IMG/VR virus record: IMGVR_UViG_3300005529_000026
Coordinates: 30,357-94,356 of that record
DNA: 64,000 nucleotides
From: a virus
Reading direction: 5' to 3' (one strand)
Part shown: positions 58,550-64,000 of the stretch, one piece after another
Numbering within the stretch: position 1 is the stretch's first letter
How the letters are laid out: each line of letters starts with the position of its first letter
Made by a program: the position numbers and the translations under genes
Notes under the pieces: generated by a model
The model's database searches: none
What the model was told of the DNA's origin: nothing
Seen by the model: the letters and a program-made list of their open reading frames with translations, nothing else

Positions 58550-59435
58550 AGTAAGTGGCTTACTTGTCTACCACTTCCGCGTGCTACACAAACCCGCGTT
58601 TGTGCGGCATGCGCAAGCGGTAAGAATGGGGTTGGCTGCACAGTATGCGAACCAACCCCACCCCAAAACTGTATGATTGCTGATAGGTCATTTATTCTCT
58701 GCTGTAGCTTCGCGGCTTTACGCAAACCCCGGAGCAGCACATTCCCCGGAACCATAGTCGCATGCAACGTTTATTGTTTCGGGTTGCTCATCTTCCCGCG
58801 TATACTTGCGACCGTTTCAAGCCTCAGCTACTATCTGCACGGTTTTCGGATGGCGTGCCGCCTTTTAAGGCAGGCAATCGGGCGATGGCGTTTTCTCTCG
58901 CCATGCCTTGCGCGAATCCATACTTCCCGCGTTTTAGCAGAACGTCCGGCGCTACCTGTTAGCGCCGCGCTCTAGGGCACACTCACTAAAGCGATTCTCA
59001 GCGGGTTGGACAACCCCGCGACTAGCAGCAGTAAAACTTTGCCCGCATCGTTCTCCCTGCCGTTTCGTTTGCCCGGCTTTACTGGCTGCTCCAAGGTGCC
59101 AACCCCTGAAGTCTCACGCCTATAGGGATACCGCGCCATTCTTGCGCCTAGGTTTGGGACTCGCACACCGCGATTAAGCGGCTGCTCTGCTGTTAGGCTT
59201 TTCCGTTTCGGCAGCCCATACCATCTGCCGTTTCCAACTAGTGCCATGCGCCATGTCGCATGCCAGCGGGGTTGAGAATGGTAGTTTGCGCGTTTCGCGC
59301 CAGCACCTAAAGACTCAAGGTGTCCATTCGCCGCACTAGAGATTGTTAAGTTACTGCCCGCGTCCCGGTAGGATGTCCGGCTATTGCCGTGTTGCCCTGC
59401 CGTCGTTTTCGTTCAATCGCTTGCGCGATGGTGGA

Positions 59436-59464
59436 AAGATACAGGTGAGCGACTTGCATTGCAA
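59436..59464 (-). promoter_or_regulatory. Probable early leftward promoter with AT-rich upstream region
   Basis: TTGCAA-17-TATCTT. Confidence 0.5.
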
Positions 59465-59639
59465 GCAAAAAGTTTGATGTGTATGAAAACAAAGAAAATA
59501 TAGTTGTTTTTATGTATCAAGTAGTAAACAGAAATCCAAAACTGTGGAAAACTCCAACCCCTGCACAGTGTGCAGCCCACCCCAACCCCTGTCACATATA
59601 GGTTAGGTGCGCTGCTCTGGTAGGGTTGTAGGCTCTGGA

Positions 59640-59835
59640 TTGACTGCTCTGCTGCTGGCCTAGCTTGCTGGGCTGCTCGCCATGCATCGGTCGGCTGCTG
59701 GGCTTTGCTCCGGCTCTGCTCTGCTCGCCACCCCTCACGCCAATAACTCAGCTACAGCATTGCCCATGCATGGCAAACGCTAGGCTAGAAGCTAGGCTAG
59801 AACCTAGCTAAACGCCTGATTCGGCTAGGCTTAGC
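59640..59835. repeat. Low-complexity CTGCT repeats and GCTAGGCTAGAA tandem repeat
   Basis: GCTAGGCTAGAA x2 at 59779-59802 plus further CTAG copies. Confidence 0.7.
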
Positions 59836-60781
59836 TGGGTTTGTACGGGGTTGGAATGATGGTAGGGGACAAAGCTAGGGGTGGGTCTCGCGTCGGTTGC
59901 GTGGAAGTTTTCTGCCTAATTTGAAACGTGTCTACGAATTATGTGTAGACCACGTAACTAATTGCATTACAGGTATATATGTTGTGTTGTTCAAGCAAGG
60001 CATACACGTAATTGTGGTGGGAATACTGGGAGGAAGTATTGTCCTTACCGGCTATATCCCTAGGAACAGGGGTTTAGATACACTTAGAAGCAGTAATTGG
60101 GTGGGTAGGGGGATTTCTAGAAAATGCTAAAAGGCTTGTTTTTATATATTTTTGGGTGTTGGCGGGGGTTTGTCTACGAATTTGGGAGGGTCGCGTAAAG
60201 GCGGATGGTGGGGAGGTTACCGGGAGGGCTTCCGTTGCGTATTCAGGAAGAAAAACGTAGTTCCGGGGAAATGGGGTCTAGTAGACCAGCAGAAGGAGCA
60301 GACCGAATCCCAGCAGAGAGATGAAAACGAGGGTGAACACGACCAGAAAGGCCCACAAAGGGTCTATGGGAGAGGTTCTCTGCACAGTGGGCAGGTCTTT
60401 GGTATCTGCGTATGCGGTCGCGGCAGCCAGCCAGCTTAAGTCGTCCATTGCACACTACTCCTCAAGCGCGTTGATTTGGTCTTCGGTCAGTCGTTTTCTT
60501 AGCCGGAGCCAGCCGGAGAACGTGAGTAGAGGGTCATCAGGGGTCGGCTTGTGGGCCAGCCCGTAGGCGTCATACTCCGCGTAGAGCGCCTCAAGAGTCA
60601 ATTTAGGCTTGCGATTCCACCCTGCTTCACATCTCCGTCATAACAGTATACTGCCTCATCCCGTTCGGCGGTTCTAGGATGCATTTGCACGTTCGGCAGA
60701 TGAAAGTCACAAGGCCGTACTGGGTGTGCGAATGAACCTCTGTAGTGAAGTTCTTGCACTTGGGGCAAACAATGCCGACAA

Positions 60782-61096
60782 TCATGTTCCCGTACACTCC
60801 TCGTGGTGGTCTTTCCAGCATTGCGAGCACAGCTTAGAAATGCAGGCGTAGCAGGTGCGATAGCCGCGTTTGTCGTATTCATCTCCGGTAGAGCACTCAT
60901 CTGGCCTAATAAGTTCCTTTTTGCACACTCTGCACTCGAACCGGGCTTTCGTGTCGTCTTCGTACCAGAAATAGCTGTGCGGACATGAAGCGTAACAGCA
61001 GCGTATACGGCCATCCGGCTGCTTTTCTTGAACAACCTTCAGTTCGACAAAATCTTCCAACCCTCTAGGTTTCATTGGTAGTTGTTTTGTGCCCAC
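60782..61096 (-). CDS. Cys-rich zinc-finger protein
   Basis: Multiple CxxC motifs; one of several small Zn-finger genes at 60.6-61.7 kb. Confidence 0.55.
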   Translation of the reverse strand: MGTKQLPMKPRGLEDFVELKVVQEKQPDGRIRCCYASCPHSYFWYEDDTKARFECRVCKKELIRPDECSTGDEYDKRGYRTCYACISKLCSQCWKDHHEECTGT

Positions 61097-61712
61097 ATCG
61101 CAGACACGTCAGGTACTCGACGGTGCGCGTGTTGCCCTCCGCGTCCCACTCCCATTTAAGCTGATAGAGCATGTAGCCACGGTCACATTCAGGGCAACGA
61201 CGGACAAGGTTATTCGGGGTCATAAAACATGACTTTTCTCCCGTCTCTCATCTCAAGGCCGATATAAAAAGGGGTTTTGAATTTACCTCTGCCAAAAGTA
61301 CGGGTAGGATGGGGCACCAGCTTCACCGCCTTTGATTTACAAGGCACGCACACTTTGTGGTCAGCTACCCACGAGCCTTTCATGGCCTCTGTCTCCCTGA
61401 AACAAACGCGGCACAGAACCTTTAACCACAGGTTATTCCACTCCGGCGAACCCGCAATTCTAGACATTCAGACCTCTCTCCGGCTCATTGCGGTACGTAG
61501 CGCGTGACTTTCAGCTTTTTCCAATTGAATGTCTGCACGAGCAGATTGTCGTTAAACAGCTTGGTCTGCTTTAATCGTCTCATACCGTTTACAAAGCAAT
61601 TGGAACACACCTGCCATGCATCGCAGGCAGAGCCGACCGATACGACGCTTGCCTTGTCGCAGAAAAAACAAAACAATTTGTACGAACTTCCTATTTTTTT
61701 GGTCGCCATATA

Positions 61713-61787
61713 TGGAGCCGCTGAAGGGATTTGAACCCCTAACCTGTCGCTTACAAGGCGACTGCTCTACCGTTGAGCTACAGCGGC
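61713..61787 (-). tRNA. tRNA-Thr(UGU)
   Basis: GUCGC-CUUGUAA-GCGAC; canonical cloverleaf; CCA. Confidence 0.93.
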
Positions 61788-62697
61788 CTCTCTTTCCGGG
61801 GCATATAACCTTTTTTTTTCGTTCACAAATCCCATTCTCGCAGCGCGTGCCAGCGAGCTTGCACCGCGCACCGCGTACGTAGGAACTCCGCTAGGAAATA
61901 ATCGGTGTACTCGTTTTCAAGCCCAAATTCCTTAGCTCGCTCTAGGCCCACCAAGAACACAGAGGCATCGTTGTCAATGTCCGACGGTGCCATCATCCGT
62001 TCTTCCTTTTCTGCATCGCAATTACGCCTAGGCAATCGGTGTCGTGATATTCCGGGTTCCATTCATCGCCGTGTGCATCCATTGGCCGGTCGCGTCGGCA
62101 CCACAAACAAGAATCGTCGCCCTGCACGGTGTGAGAAAACGGGTTGATGCTAGAAAGAGCGAACCGCAAAGCATTGGCTTCGCTATTCCTCTGCTCCCCG
62201 GCGTCCAGACACGCCTTTATCGCTTTGAACGCTATCTCGGTTGTAGTAATCTCTACCGCTTCATCAGGGTCTCCGGTCAGCCACACAGCAGCGTCACGGC
62301 CCATGCGAAGAACCTGTTGCTCAAGAGATTCATCTTTCGGCTGATTAGCGATGTTCGTAGCAGCCCCAGAGAAGCGCCCACTGCCACATCCGAACTTGTC
62401 TACCATTTTGTTAGCTCGCGGGAAACCCCTCACGTCAGTACGGCGCTTCCACGCTGACAATAATTTCGTTAGTAGTCGGGTCTTCAATTACGGTCACCGA
62501 CATTTTCTTACTTTCAGTCGTCAGAGGAGGCCGCTTGATGCGCAGCACAAGGTGCGATTGCTGCTTGTTCAATTCTCCTTTTTGCAGAACTACCTCTGCC
62601 AGAAGCTCTAGCAATGCCAAATACTGCATGCTCTGAAAATAGTCGCCGCAATCCTGCCAACCCATCGTTACCCCGCCACACTCACCATTACAAAATC

Positions 62698-62726
62698 ACT
62701 ATACAACAGGTTGGCTTGCATGTCAA
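62698..62726 (-). promoter_or_regulatory. Sigma70-type promoter
   Basis: TTGACA-17-TATAGT. Confidence 0.7.
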
Positions 62727-62764
62727 GACAAAAATGTAGGGCTAGCACCGGCTAGCCCCTGTTT

Positions 62765-63682
62765 TTAGAGATTTTTCAGCGGGCTGACACGCTCCAACTC
62801 CTCCTGTTGGTATTTGGTGCTGATATGCAGATAACCCTTCAACACATCGAGAGATTTGTGGCCGGTCATGGATTGCAGCTTACCGATGTCGCCGCCGTTT
62901 TCTAGGTAGAGAGTGCAGCAAGCGTGACGCAGAGTGTGCGGGCTGAGAGTTTTGATGCCGAGACGACGGCGCACAGCCGCGAACGCATGGTCGAACATGA
63001 ATACTGTGGCTGGTTCGCCGGACTGGTTGACGAAAACACGGTCACTCTTGGCGAAATGCTCTCGCCTACGTAGCCAGCCTTTCATAAGGCGCACCATGTC
63101 CTTTGTGATTCCCACAAGACGCATGTTCGTTTTTCCCTCCTCCGGCACGATGATGGTCTGTTCATCGAGCTTTAGGTGTTCCAACTTCAAATGACAAAGC
63201 TCTCCGACACGCATTCCGGTTTCAAGCATGAGAGAAAACGCAACATAATTGCGGTAACCGGAGCGCTTGTTCACGTTGAAAGCAGCTTTGAAAGCCTTCA
63301 TGTCCTTGCGCTCAGGAATCACCTTCCGACTGGGGGTTTTAGGTATAGGCGGGAGCAGCTTGTACCACGGCTTCAGTCCATCCTCTTGGCAGTCTTCACT
63401 TTTTTCAACCCAGCGAAAAAGCGCCCGCACCGACCGAAGGATTTTGTAGCGCGTGGCGTCACTGATGTTCTTGTTGTCCTGAATCGAATCTAGGAAATCG
63501 AGCACGTCAGGACGCTTCATGGCTTCGTACGTGATGATTCCGCGCTCGCGCATGAACTCGAAGAACCACTTCAAGTCCCAGCGGTAGCTCTCAAGCGTGC
63601 GCGGGCGTGCGAACTTTCTTGCCCCTTCCCGGCCCCTCTCCCGCGACCTCAGAAACAGCCTTTCAAGCTCCTCGAAGCTCAT
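62765..63682 (-). CDS. Tyrosine recombinase/integrase
   Basis: SAM-like N-terminus, TGMRVGEL, K, HTLRH, GH, Y. Confidence 0.93.
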   Translation of the reverse strand: MSFEELERLFLRSRERGREGARKFARPRTLESYRWDLKWFFEFMRERGIITYEAMKRPDVLDFLDSIQDNKNISDATRYKILRSVRALFRWVEKSEDCQEDGLKPWYKLLPPIPKTPSRKVIPERKDMKAFKAAFNVNKRSGYRNYVAFSLMLETGMRVGELCHLKLEHLKLDEQTIIVPEEGKTNMRLVGITKDMVRLMKGWLRRREHFAKSDRVFVNQSGEPATVFMFDHAFAAVRRRLGIKTLSPHTLRHACCTLYLENGGDIGKLQSMTGHKSLDVLKGYLHISTKYQQEELERVSPLKNL

Positions 63683-63878
63683 TTTTTGCCTCCCGAATCA
63701 ACTGACTTTGACCTTTTTTCTGCTAAATCATTGCATCTACAAGCATTATACTTGCACTACAAGTCATTCAATGCGGCAGGCTAACTGCTTGACCGTATTG
63801 AATAAACCCTTCGTATCCTACAAATTGCAATGTTTTTGCAGAGTATCACAAGCAATCGCGTTGCGTCAATCGCAAGCA

Positions 63879-63921
63879 ATTGATTAAGAGTCAGTTGCTC
63901 TGCCAGTTGAGCTACGCGCCC
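63879..63921 (-). pseudogene. 5' half of tRNA-Lys(CUU); probable att site
   Basis: GGGCGCG-UA-GCUC..GAGC-A-ACUGA-CUCUUAA-UCA, then no T arm or acceptor 3' strand; about 200 bp from the integrase start. Confidence 0.8.
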
Positions 63922-64000
63922 ACGTTATGGGGAAGCAAATCAGGAAGGCGGAAAAATTATAACATCCGCCTCCTGCAGGCGTCATTCGGCCCGCGTCGTC

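Noticed and set aside
59640-59835. CRISPR array
   Set aside because: Repeats are short and tandem with no unique spacers. The Cas4-like nuclease at 43 kb is a common stand-alone phage exonuclease.
1-64000. Stop-codon (TAG) reassignment suggested by abundant CTAG
   Set aside because: Conserved genes are full length in code 11, several end properly at TAG, and no CUA-anticodon tRNA is present.

Overview
A 64 kb segment of a large tailed, probably temperate phage or prophage. An Acidobacteriota-like host is inferred weakly from gene content. 1-10.3 kb (+) holds tail/virion genes, a phosphoesterase, a dNMP kinase, a protease and membrane/lysis candidates. 10.4-58.5 kb (almost all -) holds ThyX, an epimerase plus two glycosyltransferases, cell-wall hydrolases, class II RNR, RecA, endonuclease VII, primase-helicase and an SF2 helicase. 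It also holds a dense RNA locus and early genes (MoxR-like AAA, two vWA-like paralogues, a tandem bL12-CTD protein, an ART-like protein, a DksA/TraR finger, a ClpB-D2 ATPase). The RNA locus has tRNAs, three tRNA-like RNAs with rebuilt anticodon arms, a circularly permuted two-piece tmRNA, two RNA ligases, Pnkp and a phosphoesterase. A repeat-rich non-coding block lies at 58.8-60.2 kb, and a tyrosine integrase sits next to a 5'-half tRNA-Lys (att site) at the right end. The best-supported unusual element is the permuted tmRNA with a relic T-arm copy, inside a translation-rescue/RNA-repair cluster. Other candidates are a GTAGACA motif right after stop codons, a dispersed GCACASTGTGC palindrome, a 483 bp insertion splitting a gene, and a miniature catalytically dead ABC-ATPase. 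All calls are by eye from sequence and motif knowledge; no searches were run.
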